A stretch of 64,000 bases of DNA, from NCBI GenBank assembly GCA_038883795.1, contig JAVZLK010000002.1, forward strand, positions 96,001 through 160,000, written 5' to 3'. Within the stretch, counting starts at the first letter, position 1. Each line of letters starts with the position of its first letter. Below, piece after piece: positions 1-8,398 of this stretch. The position numbers and the translations under genes are program-made. A model generated the notes under the pieces. That model was given only the letters and a program-made list of their open reading frames with translations. It ran no database searches and had not been told where the DNA came from. This DNA is from Candidatus Bathyarchaeia archaeon. GTDB taxonomy: Archaea; Thermoproteota; Bathyarchaeia; Bathyarchaeales; Bathycorpusculaceae.

Positions 1-1085
1 TAGGCTATAGCTTTTACTATGCCATGATGCCTAAGAACGCTTATGAGTGGAGCGGCAGCATGATAACGTAAACCATCCGCCTTTATGGGCACCATTTCCG
101 TTTTATGCCCAAGCGTGTACATTTTAAGCATTGGCGTGTGTTCTGCTACATCGCCGAAATCATAGCGGTACTCGCCTTTAACAAGGTTTGGTGCCGCTTC
201 TGACTGGGCTGCCAAAAACTCACATCGACGCTTTTTCTGTAAAACTTCGCCGGCAAAGGGTAGGGCTATTCCGCCAAAGTTTGAGCCTCCACCCAAACAA
301 CCAATAATCAAGTCTGGAGAATCATCGGCAATTTCAAACTGTTTTATTGCTTCTAAACCGATGATTGATTGGTGTATTAGAACATGGTTTAGAACGGAGC
401 CGAGGCAATAAACGCTTCCTTCATGGGTTTCCGCATATTCCAAGCCTTCTGAAACTGCTATGCCCAATGACCCTTGATGGTTTAAATCCTTAGCTAAAAG
501 GGTTTTTCCGATGTTTGTTTCCTTGCTTGGAGAAGCATAAACGTCTGCTCCCATAAGTTTCATCAGCGTGCGCCTATCAGTCTTCCAGTTGTATACGGCT
601 CTGACCCAAAAAATCACGCACCTAAGCCCCATAATTGCCGCTGCATAAGAAAGCGCACTTCCCCATTGTCCAGCTCCGGTTTCTGTTACTAATGTTGTTT
701 TTCCTTCTTTAGCCGCATAATAGGCTTGTGCTAACGCTGTATTAACCTTGTGAGAGCCTGTGGGCGACAAGTCTTCCCGTTTATAATAAAGCCTCACCTT
801 CTTCAGTCCCAGATATTTTTCTAATCTTCTGGCTCTGTAAAGGGGACGGGGGCGTCCAGCTTGAATATATAATTCTCTTATTTCCTCTGGAATTGGAATC
901 CACCTTTCATTCGACATTTCCTGTCTAAGACATTCGTGCACCATGGTTTTTCCGAGAAATTCCATGCGTGAAGGACCAGTTTCTGGTTCTTTCGGTGGCG
1001 GTAATGGTTCGGGTAAATCTGGAATGATGTTGTACCATTTCGTCGGCAACTCGTCGATTGGGAGGTTTATTTGATTTTTCTCCAT
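1..1085 (-). CDS. trpB2: TrpB-like PLP-dependent enzyme (tryptophan synthase beta chain 2), runs off the window start
   Basis: Manual translation from ATG at 1085: MEKNQINLPIDELPTKWYNIIPDLPEPLPPP...LSPTGSHKVNTA...TETGAGQWG, typical of TrpB2; not in the ORF track because truncated. Confidence 0.9.
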   Translation of the reverse strand, partial: MEKNQINLPIDELPTKWYNIIPDLPEPLPPPKEPETGPSRMEFLGKTMVHECLRQEMSNERWIPIPEEIRELYIQAGRPRPLYRARRLEKYLGLKKVRLYYKREDLSPTGSHKVNTALAQAYYAAKEGKTTLVTETGAGQWGSALSYAAAIMGLRCVIFWVRAVYNWKTDRRTLMKLMGADVYASPSKETNIGKTLLAKDLNHQGSLGIAVSEGLEYAETHEGSVYCLGSVLNHVLIHQSIIGLEAIKQFEIADDSPDLIIGCLGGGSNFGGIALPFAGEVLQKKRRCEFLAAQSEAAPNLVKGEYRYDFGDVAEHTPMLKMYTLGHKTEMVPIKADGLRYHAAAPLISVLRHHGIVKAIA

Positions 1086-1174
1086 GAGCCTTCACCTTTT
1101 AAAGAATTTTCTTTTATTAATGCCCTCTCAAGTTAAAGATTTCCATTTAAACATGCAGTCTGCTCATACAAAAA

Positions 1175-2209
1175 CTATCTAAACCACTCTTCCAGTGTTG
1201 TTTTTCCCTTTTGCTTTGTTATGCCTTTCTGCATTTTCTCCACAGCCTTCCTGACACGGTCTTCTGAAAAGTCTCTTTCTCTACATATGAAATTTACAAT
1301 TCCTTCCATATCAGGTTCTTTCCATTCTATTTTGTAATTATCCGTAACCTTTGGATGGAGAAAAATCTCCCTAATTCTTTGAGGTTCAACTGGAAACTCT
1401 GCATTTTTCAAATATGGCATGGCATTCTCAATGTTCCCATACTCTTTTATCAGTTTTAAGGCAGTTTTTGGTCCCAAACCCTTAACGCCTTCTGGATTGA
1501 AGTCCGTTCCTATCAGTATGCCCACATCAATTAGCTGTTCATAAGTTATATCGCATTCTTGCAGAACACTTTCCAACTCGACAACTTCTGGAATAACTTC
1601 GATATAGACATTTTTGCTCGGAAGCTTTCTCCTTCCAGAAATTGTCACGTTTCTTACAAGCCTTGGAGCGCCAAAAAGCAAGCTGTCATAGTCTTGGCTT
1701 GCACAGTAGTCTGCGTCTCCACGCTTTACTATGTGTGCAGCTTGGGCTTCTCCTTCGCTGGGTGCTTGAATCCATGGGATTCCCATCAAATCCAAGAGTT
1801 TTTTGCTGTCTTCTGCCATGTAATCTTTCAGGCGGGAGGTGGCTTGCGCATACATGCGGGCTTCTTCTATCTTGCCCTCTTTTATGGCTTGTTCATATTT
1901 TATTAGGGCTTCTTCTTTTGCTTTCATGCGCCTCTTTATTTCCACTTCCTTAAGGGTGGGCGGTGTTCCATCAAAAACGTAAATTGGTTTTATTCCCATT
2001 TCCACAAGGTTGCTTGTTCTGTAAAGGAGCCCGCTTAAATGACTTGTGATTCTTCCCATAGTATCCTTTAGCGGCGTGCCGTTTGGCTGGCGGATTATTG
2101 CCAAAAACTGGTATAGGGCGTTATAAGCGTCTATGGCTATGGATTTTCCACTTAAATCTTCAAGTCTAACAATTTTTTTAGGAACCAAATCTCGAAGGTT
2201 TACTCCCAA
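1175..2209 (-). CDS. fen: Flap endonuclease 1
   Basis: IDAYNALYQFLAIIRQP, EGEAQAA, SQDYDSLLFGAP motifs; C-terminal PIP box TTLEEWF; probable start TTG at 2209 (ORF extends to 2263). Confidence 0.97.
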   Translation of the reverse strand: MGVNLRDLVPKKIVRLEDLSGKSIAIDAYNALYQFLAIIRQPNGTPLKDTMGRITSHLSGLLYRTSNLVEMGIKPIYVFDGTPPTLKEVEIKRRMKAKEEALIKYEQAIKEGKIEEARMYAQATSRLKDYMAEDSKKLLDLMGIPWIQAPSEGEAQAAHIVKRGDADYCASQDYDSLLFGAPRLVRNVTISGRRKLPSKNVYIEVIPEVVELESVLQECDITYEQLIDVGILIGTDFNPEGVKGLGPKTALKLIKEYGNIENAMPYLKNAEFPVEPQRIREIFLHPKVTDNYKIEWKEPDMEGIVNFICRERDFSEDRVRKAVEKMQKGITKQKGKTTLEEWFR

Positions 2210-2315
2210 AACAACCCCGTGAAAATATAGCATAAGACTATAATAATAAACTTGCGAAAACACACAAGATATAAGGAAGCTTTACAAATACAAAAGCTAT
2301 CAATGAGGAATAATC

Positions 2316-2504
2316 ATGGCAGAAAAAACAGCAACCATAACCCTCGTAACATGCACAAGCTGCGGCAAACCCATAGCTCCAGGAGCGGAAGCCACAAAAT
2401 TTCTATGCCCAAACTGTGGAGAAATTCTCATAAGGCGTTGTGGAAAATGCAGAAAGTTTGGGCGCCCCTATAAATGTCCAAAATGCGGCTTCACTGGACC
2501 ATAG
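2316..2504 (+). CDS. Small zinc-finger protein (DUF1610/HVO_2753-like)
   Basis: Four CxxC pairs, ends [11 protein letters not shown], typical of this family. Confidence 0.9.
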   Translation: MAEKTATITLVTCTSCGKPIAPGAEATKFLCPNCGEILIRRCGKCRKFGRPYKCPKCGFTGP

Positions 2505-2536
2505 ATACAATAAGAAAAAAGTGGAAGTTGAAGCAT

Positions 2537-4129
2537 TTACTCTGGCGGTATTTCGCTGAGCAGTGTTTTTAGGTCTATGCCCATCTTCTTGTTCTTGTAA
2601 GCGTAGTAAATGTAGAGGGCTAAGCCTATACCTAAAACAAGGCATGATATGAAAATGTCCAATGGCGCCATGACTTGGGCGTTTGCGGCGAAGAAGAATA
2701 TGCCCAAAGCAAAGGCGGCAACACCACATATAGCTGGAACCGGTACTCCAGCAACTTCAACCTTAATGCTTTCGTAGATTTCAGGCTTAGTTATTGGCAG
2801 CAAAGCCAAGGCAAGTCCAGTGAATAAATAGCCAAGCAAATACATGAAAGTCGCATTAATTCCACCAGCCAAAGTTCTCAGCGGACCCAAAACTGGCGAA
2901 GAAATAATTATGCCTATGGCTCCACCAATTACCATGAACAATATTGCCCAAGTTGGCGTGTGGAATCTTTCGCTAACATCAGCGAACCTTTCTGGAAACA
3001 GCCTATCAAAAGCCAAAGAGAAGACTCGTCTAGTTTCCATCATTAAAGCGGCAGGCTGCACGTGGTAAAGGCTGAAGGCTCCAGCCGTTGCTATTAGAAA
3101 TGTGAGGAGCACATTTCCACCACCAAAAATAACACCAAACATGGGTAACACTGGCTCAATTCTAGGCGTGATTTTAAAGTCTGCTGCTGTGCCTTTGTAA
3201 TAGGCCCAATTATATTGTGAGATGAATTCTCCACCCGCATAAAAGGCTGAAGCTGCCATAGTTATATAAATAACAGCCGTTATCAACGTACCACCGATTA
3301 TTCCAATCAACAAGTTTCTTTTCGGGTTCTTTATTTCGCCCGACCATTGAGCAGGGTTATGAAAACCAGAGTATGCGAAAAGAGCCGCACCTGCAACAGC
3401 CCGAATTGTGGCATCAAAGTTTGGTGCAGCTGGGCTCCAATTATATTTCTGGGCGATCGAAACAATTTCATCGTAGGATCCTGTACCCCAGACGGAGTCC
3501 CATGCGCTTTTGAAGGATGTCGGATTGAATGGGTTTGCGTAGTTTAGAGCGATGCAAGCTAGTGCGCCTATTATTGGAATGAGCCATATTATTGCTGTGT
3601 AAGCTTTGAATGCTGTTCCTCCAATCGTCAAAAACAGCCACACAGTGAAAAGCAGGAACAAGGCGCAAGCAATTTTTATTGTGGGGTCAGCAGCGGCAAG
3701 CCAAGATCCAAAATCAGCTAGACCCTTGTTGCCTGTTCCTTGCCCCAGCATTCTAAAAGCAATAGCCCAAAGGGACACATCCGTATAAAGTAGAAATCCT
3801 ATTGAAAACCACCTGCCCAAGAAGTTTCCTATTGTTACGACGTAGCCGAGTGCTGGGTTTGTTGTTCTTGAGATGAAAACGTAGTCTCCTCCAGCCCTTG
3901 GCATGCAGGAGGCTAGCCATGCGTATGAGATGGCGAAGAAGAAGGCTGGAATAAGTCCGATTATGAAGGCTAGGGTGGGGTCTGAGCCTGGATAAGTGTA
4001 TGGCATTCTTATTGATAGTCCCCAGATTCCTGCGCCTATCATGTTGTTCATTGCCATCATTAGTGCCATCATTGGACCGAATTCTCTGACAAGCCCAGTG
4101 GCTTCTCTTACAAAAGTTGCTTTAGACAA
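2537..4129 (-). CDS. APC-family amino acid/polyamine permease
   Basis: N-terminal FVREATGLVRE, MPRAGGDYVFISR, about 12 hydrophobic segments. Confidence 0.9.
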   Translation of the reverse strand: MSKATFVREATGLVREFGPMMALMMAMNNMIGAGIWGLSIRMPYTYPGSDPTLAFIIGLIPAFFFAISYAWLASCMPRAGGDYVFISRTTNPALGYVVTIGNFLGRWFSIGFLLYTDVSLWAIAFRMLGQGTGNKGLADFGSWLAAADPTIKIACALFLLFTVWLFLTIGGTAFKAYTAIIWLIPIIGALACIALNYANPFNPTSFKSAWDSVWGTGSYDEIVSIAQKYNWSPAAPNFDATIRAVAGAALFAYSGFHNPAQWSGEIKNPKRNLLIGIIGGTLITAVIYITMAASAFYAGGEFISQYNWAYYKGTAADFKITPRIEPVLPMFGVIFGGGNVLLTFLIATAGAFSLYHVQPAALMMETRRVFSLAFDRLFPERFADVSERFHTPTWAILFMVIGGAIGIIISSPVLGPLRTLAGGINATFMYLLGYLFTGLALALLPITKPEIYESIKVEVAGVPVPAICGVAAFALGIFFFAANAQVMAPLDIFISCLVLGIGLALYIYYAYKNKKMGIDLKTLLSEIPPE

Positions 4130-4245
4130 TTTTCTCCTCTCCTAATTGCACAATTTTTTCATTATATTATGATGTATTTATAAGCCTTTTTAAAAAAGTT
4201 CACTTGTCATGGAATTCTTTAGAAAATTGATTGTTAAATCAAAAA

Positions 4246-5202
4246 TTAACAAGCCACCCTCCAGTGTCCCTGAACCTTATCCCCACTCAAGAAAACAATG
4301 TAACCACGCAAAATACCCTCAGCATACTCAGAACCAGGATTAACGCATAAGGTTCTACCAAACCTTTTGAAACCAGCAGACTCATGTATATGCCCATGCA
4401 ACCCCAAGAGAGGCTTATACTTCTCTATCATATGCCTCACAGCTTTGCTGCCCATAGGCGCCAAATCTACTCCGCCACCGAAGCGAACCCTAACTGAAAA
4501 GTCATCCTTAAGTCTGGGCGCTGTGTCGAGTCCAGAATTGTATGGTGGTGCATGAAAGTTGCATATGAGTTTCTCGTAATTTTTGGCTTTAGCCATTAAC
4601 CCCTCTAACATGGGTTCAAGCTTCTCGTCTGGCGCTTCCCTTGTGGTTTTCCAAGGAGTTGGATTAACCCAGCCGCATGTAACCATTTCATATCCGTCTG
4701 GAAGGTGGACAAGCTTCATTTCGCATGCAACTACAGAATCGCTCTTTTCAAGAATTTCATCAACAACCAAACGGTCGTCATTTCCAGGCGAAACGTAAAG
4801 CACGGATTTTCCCTTAAATTTTTCAGAGGCAAGGTCCATCCACTGTTGCATTCGTTCCACCATGAGGCGGTTGAAAAGGTCTTTTTGGGCTTGGGGGTCA
4901 TTGTTCAAGCGTTCAATTTCTTCTTTTTCGCATGGATAAGGATAGTAACCAGAATTGGCTATCTTTGCACTTTCTTCTTGAAGCTGATTTGCCGTAATTT
5001 TAATATGTCTGCCAAAAATTTCATATGAATATTCACTGCCTTCTCTAACCATTGGTATAACCATTTTTCCAGTTAAATCTCCACCCAAAATTGCAATGTC
5101 AACCTTAAAATGTTCAATTACTCTTAAAAACTTCTTCCAACAAGTGTCGCTTCCATGAACGTCTGATGCGAAGAAAAGTTTCAGCAACCTTTTCATCTCC
5201 AA
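4246..5202 (-). CDS. Calcineurin-like metallophosphoesterase (Icc-related)
   Basis: SDVHGS, GGDLTGK, PGNDD, HAPP, LHGHIHES, NPGSEY motifs. Confidence 0.9.
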   Translation of the reverse strand: MEMKRLLKLFFASDVHGSDTCWKKFLRVIEHFKVDIAILGGDLTGKMVIPMVREGSEYSYEIFGRHIKITANQLQEESAKIANSGYYPYPCEKEEIERLNNDPQAQKDLFNRLMVERMQQWMDLASEKFKGKSVLYVSPGNDDRLVVDEILEKSDSVVACEMKLVHLPDGYEMVTCGWVNPTPWKTTREAPDEKLEPMLEGLMAKAKNYEKLICNFHAPPYNSGLDTAPRLKDDFSVRVRFGGGVDLAPMGSKAVRHMIEKYKPLLGLHGHIHESAGFKRFGRTLCVNPGSEYAEGILRGYIVFLSGDKVQGHWRVAC

Positions 5203-5229
5203 ACTTTAGTTCTAATGATAATTTTCAAC

Positions 5230-5241
5230 AAAATATACTTT
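5230..5241 (+). repeat. Candidate attL core (AAAATATACTTT)
   Basis: Identical 12-mer at 13168-13179; sits at the left boundary of the foreign genes. Confidence 0.6.
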
Positions 5242-5250
5242 GCTCTATGC

Positions 5251-5451
5251 TTATGTCTGAGAAAGTAAATGTCTGCTATGTTTAACCATATGTTCGCAGT
5301 AATCCGTCGTTTCAGTTTGCGCATTATAGCAGTTTTGGCATTCAATTATTCGCTGTTTTAAATTCGCTTTCGGAAAACGCCAAACGCAATTAGAAAAAAT
5401 TGGGTGTTTCGGTTCGGCGGTTTCCGTTTGTTTTTTGGGCATCTTACGCAC
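5251..5451 (-). CDS. Small Cys-rich hypothetical protein
   Basis: 66 aa, C...CQNC...CEH; overlaps the stop of the upstream RHH-AbrB gene. Confidence 0.55.
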   Translation of the reverse strand: MRKMPKKQTETAEPKHPIFSNCVWRFPKANLKQRIIECQNCYNAQTETTDYCEHMVKHSRHLLSQT

Positions 5452-5734
5452 GCTCGATTCTTACGCCTTTCTCTGTTCGGAAAATCTTTACGGGAATGTC
5501 TACACCTTTTTGCCAGCCGAGCGCTTCGTATAAGGCTTTTTCAATGTGCAAAAACCCGTATTTGTTGATTTTGCCTTCAAAAACTGTTTGTTCGGTTTCC
5601 TTGGCTTTCTTTTCGATTATCTCTGCAGCTTTTTCCTCAGCGGTTTTGCCTTCTGCTTTGGCTGACTTTTCGAGCGCTTCAGCCGTTTTCTCGGGTAATT
5701 GAATTTTCTTTTTCGGTTCAAATCTATTATTCAT
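5444..5734 (-). CDS. DNA-binding protein, RHH-like N-terminus + AbrB/MazE-like C-terminus
   Basis: KKIQLPEKTAEALEKSAKAEGKTAEE (RHH pattern) and GKINKYGFLHIEKALYEALGWQKG (AbrB pattern); good SD (AGGAGAAGTGAG). Confidence 0.7.
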   Translation of the reverse strand: MNNRFEPKKKIQLPEKTAEALEKSAKAEGKTAEEKAAEIIEKKAKETEQTVFEGKINKYGFLHIEKALYEALGWQKGVDIPVKIFRTEKGVRIERA

Positions 5735-6200
5735 TTTTTCTCACTTCTCCTTTTAACTCGCCCTCGGCGTCTGTCCGAAGGCAATGAGAAAAAGGGGAAA
5801 AGAAAACTTCGCATTTCTGCTTGCTACACAGCCTACTTTGTATTTATCCTATGCAATCGAGTGTCGCTTACCCGCTTATATGCATCATGAACGTAATAAC
5901 GGTTTAATCCGCTATTCGTTTTTCATGTGCTGCATTTCGTGCGTTTCCGGGGCTTTACCATCGTGCCCGTTCCAGACCCGGGTAACCCCGTTCCCGCTTT
6001 CGCTTATCGGCGATTTAACGATTCGCTGATTATTTTTGAGCGTTTAAACGGGTCGCTTTTTCGATTGGCGCTTTTACGTTTATGCGTTTTTCGTTTCCGG
6101 GAGTTACGCTTTCCCGTCCGTTTTACGCTCGCTCCTACGGGTCGTTTCGTTTCGTTTTTTCCTGTGCGTGTCGCTTTGCGACGAATAAGCGTATATTGGG
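5735..6200. other. Structured non-coding region (long leader, ncRNA or origin candidate)
   Basis: No credible ORF; CG-rich; several stem-loops; TTTAAATA TATA-like box on the minus strand at ~6205-6212. Confidence 0.45.
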
Positions 6201-6369
6201 TATCTATTTAAATTTTAGGTATGAATTATTCAGATTAGGCTAATTAAGCCACAAATTGACGATTTTCAGACTATATAATAAAACGTTTGTCACACCAATT
6301 TAAAAAAGTGAAAATATGTGTAATTAAGAAAGTAAAAATTTAAATAAACAAACGATTATTAAATCACAA

Positions 6370-6394
6370 TGGTCATCAGTGATCAAAATGACCA
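6370..6394. promoter_or_regulatory. Inverted repeat TGGTCAT-N11-ATGACCA, putative operator
   Basis: Perfect 7-bp inverted repeat overlapping the start codon of the RHH gene preceding the methyltransferase. Confidence 0.4.
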
Positions 6395-6537
6395 AACATA
6401 TAAAAATTAGTGATGAAAACTACAAAGAACTCATAAAAATCATCGGACTACTACAGGTCAAAGAAAAAAGAAGAGTGACTATAGATGATGCAATAGATTT
6501 TCTTCTTCAGAAGGTGAAAGTAGATGAACAACAATAA
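6388..6537 (+). CDS. Small ribbon-helix-helix (CopG/VapB-like) regulator
   Basis: Manual translation MTKHIKISDENYKELIKIIGLLQVKEKRRVTIDDAIDFLLQKVKVDEQQ (49 aa); overlaps the MTase start; below the ORF-track cutoff. Confidence 0.75.
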   Translation: MTKHIKISDENYKELIKIIGLLQVKEKRRVTIDDAIDFLLQKVKVDEQQ

Positions 6538-7432
6538 GAACTCCCTTTATCCCGAACGTGTTTTGTCAGAGATCTTAAAGTCAAGAGAAATAGAACTGCC
6601 AAGGACTCGGCACAAGATTGTAATTGGTGACAGCAGACATATGGATGAAGTAGCAAACGAATCAGTGCATTTAATAGTTACATCGCCTCCTTACCCAATG
6701 ATAGATATATGGGACGGCTTATTCAAAAAATTAGGATGTAAAACCTTTAATGACATGCATGATTATTTAGCTGACGTTTGGGCGGAATGTAAACGAGTTC
6801 TAGTTAACGGCGGAATTGCTTGTATAAATATCGGGGATGCCCTACGAAAAGTTAACGGCGTCTTTAGACTTTTTCCAAATCATGCAGAAGTCATTAAAAG
6901 ATTTGAGGAACTCGGATTTGTAACATTGCCAAATATTCTTTGGAAAAAGCCTACGACTAAACCTAATTCTTTTCTTGGTTCTGGTTTCCTTCCAACCAAC
7001 GCTTATGTTACATTAGATTGCGAATATATACTGATTTTTAGAAAAGGTGGCGACCTGAGAAAGTTTCTTACAAAAGACCCATACAGATACGCCAGTTACT
7101 ATACAAAAGAGGAAAGAGATGTATGGTTTTCCCAAATTTGGGACATCAAAGGCGTTAAGCAAGAATCCAACGAAGTTGAAAGAAGAGTAGCAGCTTACCC
7201 AGACGAAATTCCTTATAGATTACTAAGAATGTTTTCGATAATAGGTGATACCGTTTTAGATCCATTCTTAGGAACAGGCACAACAACTAAAGTTGCCATG
7301 AACCTTCACAGAAATAGCATAGGCTATGAGATAGATGAAAAAATGCTAACTCTAATAAAGAAGAAAATCGGTTACCAGCAGAGATTGTTCGAACCACATA
7401 AATTTGAAATCGAAATAATTAAGAAGCATTAA
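6524..7432 (+). CDS. Beta-class amino DNA methyltransferase (probably N4-cytosine)
   Basis: Motif IV TSPPY precedes motif I VLDPFLGTGTT. Confidence 0.93.
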   Translation: MNNNKNSLYPERVLSEILKSREIELPRTRHKIVIGDSRHMDEVANESVHLIVTSPPYPMIDIWDGLFKKLGCKTFNDMHDYLADVWAECKRVLVNGGIACINIGDALRKVNGVFRLFPNHAEVIKRFEELGFVTLPNILWKKPTTKPNSFLGSGFLPTNAYVTLDCEYILIFRKGGDLRKFLTKDPYRYASYYTKEERDVWFSQIWDIKGVKQESNEVERRVAAYPDEIPYRLLRMFSIIGDTVLDPFLGTGTTTKVAMNLHRNSIGYEIDEKMLTLIKKKIGYQQRLFEPHKFEIEIIKKH

Positions 7433-7470
7433 TTAAAAAATACTATTAACAAATATGGAAAGAGGCGACA

Positions 7471-7749
7471 ATGATGAGTAAACTTGTAAGAATAGAGCAT
7501 ACATTAAGAAGATGGGAGAAAAAGTATGGCTACATAGGGCTTTCTCTTGAACAAGAGCGTGATTTGTTTTCTGAAGTTAAGGATAAACGTTTTACATTGA
7601 AATTTTTAGGAAAAACTTTATTGGAACGGAAAATCGACGATAGCTGGCGCATATATGTTGGGTCCAGAGTTATGGAAGATTTAAAAGTTGATGACGTTTT
7701 GACAATTTACCAAGACAAAGACGGAAATTACTACGTTGAAAGAAAATAA
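7471..7749 (+). CDS. Hypothetical protein, possible DNA-binding pseudobarrel/AbrB-like fold
   Basis: 92 aa with EKKYGYIGL and RKIDDSWRIYVG...LKVDDVLTI beta-rich pattern; SD-like GAGG upstream. Confidence 0.6.
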   Translation: MMSKLVRIEHTLRRWEKKYGYIGLSLEQERDLFSEVKDKRFTLKFLGKTLLERKIDDSWRIYVGSRVMEDLKVDDVLTIYQDKDGNYYVERK

Positions 7750-7752
7750 ATA

Positions 7753-8352
7753 TTATTGCTCAAACTCAAACTCTATACCATCTTCTGTTTTTCTGTAGTA
7801 AACAATCTTTGCTGCTATCTTTTCCCCCAAGCGACCCTTTTCAATTTTATAAGTTTCTGGTTTAATAGAGACTGGTGTATCACCAATGAATCCATCGATT
7901 CCTTGTGCTTCTTCATCTGGCGTCGCCAATCTGTAGTTTTTCCTCAAGGTTGAAGCAATTCTTTTTAGCACAAGCTCTTGAAAACGCAGTCCAATAAAAG
8001 TTTTAACCAACACCAAATCTTCAACCCATTCTCTCACTATATTTTCATCGATTTTATCCATAACATTTTTAAATTCTTCTAACTTTTTAACTATTTTCTT
8101 TGTCGCCCGATCTATTGCATTTGGCATCACAGCCAAATACCATTTTTTCCATCCTTCAAATGTCTTGTAAGGACATTTTTGAATTAACTCACTCATCTGT
8201 CCAACAACTTCTGGTCGTGTTGCACCAGAAAAGCGATTTGCCAAATTTAAAATAGGAGAAACGTAAGTAGGAAAAACCTTCGACTCGCCAATTAGTTCAG
8301 TCCTGAGTTCGTCATTTTTAAGTTTAAATTTCATTTCGTTCACACTTTGCAA
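7753..8352 (-). CDS. Type II restriction endonuclease, MjaI/MthZI family
   Basis: ATRPEVVGQMSELIQ and EEAQGIDGFIGDTPVSIKP (PD-(D/E)XK variant); convergent on an SPPY MTase. Confidence 0.8.
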   Translation of the reverse strand: MQSVNEMKFKLKNDELRTELIGESKVFPTYVSPILNLANRFSGATRPEVVGQMSELIQKCPYKTFEGWKKWYLAVMPNAIDRATKKIVKKLEEFKNVMDKIDENIVREWVEDLVLVKTFIGLRFQELVLKRIASTLRKNYRLATPDEEAQGIDGFIGDTPVSIKPETYKIEKGRLGEKIAAKIVYYRKTEDGIEFEFEQ

Positions 8353-8398
8353 ATGTGCTTTGTATATAAACTTGATAAAAAACTTTCGGGCAGAGCAA

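Noticed and set aside
5699-6211. Plus-strand ORFs of 63, 81 and 94 aa
   Set aside because: Mutually overlapping, F/R-biased products of T/CG-rich non-coding DNA with no motifs.
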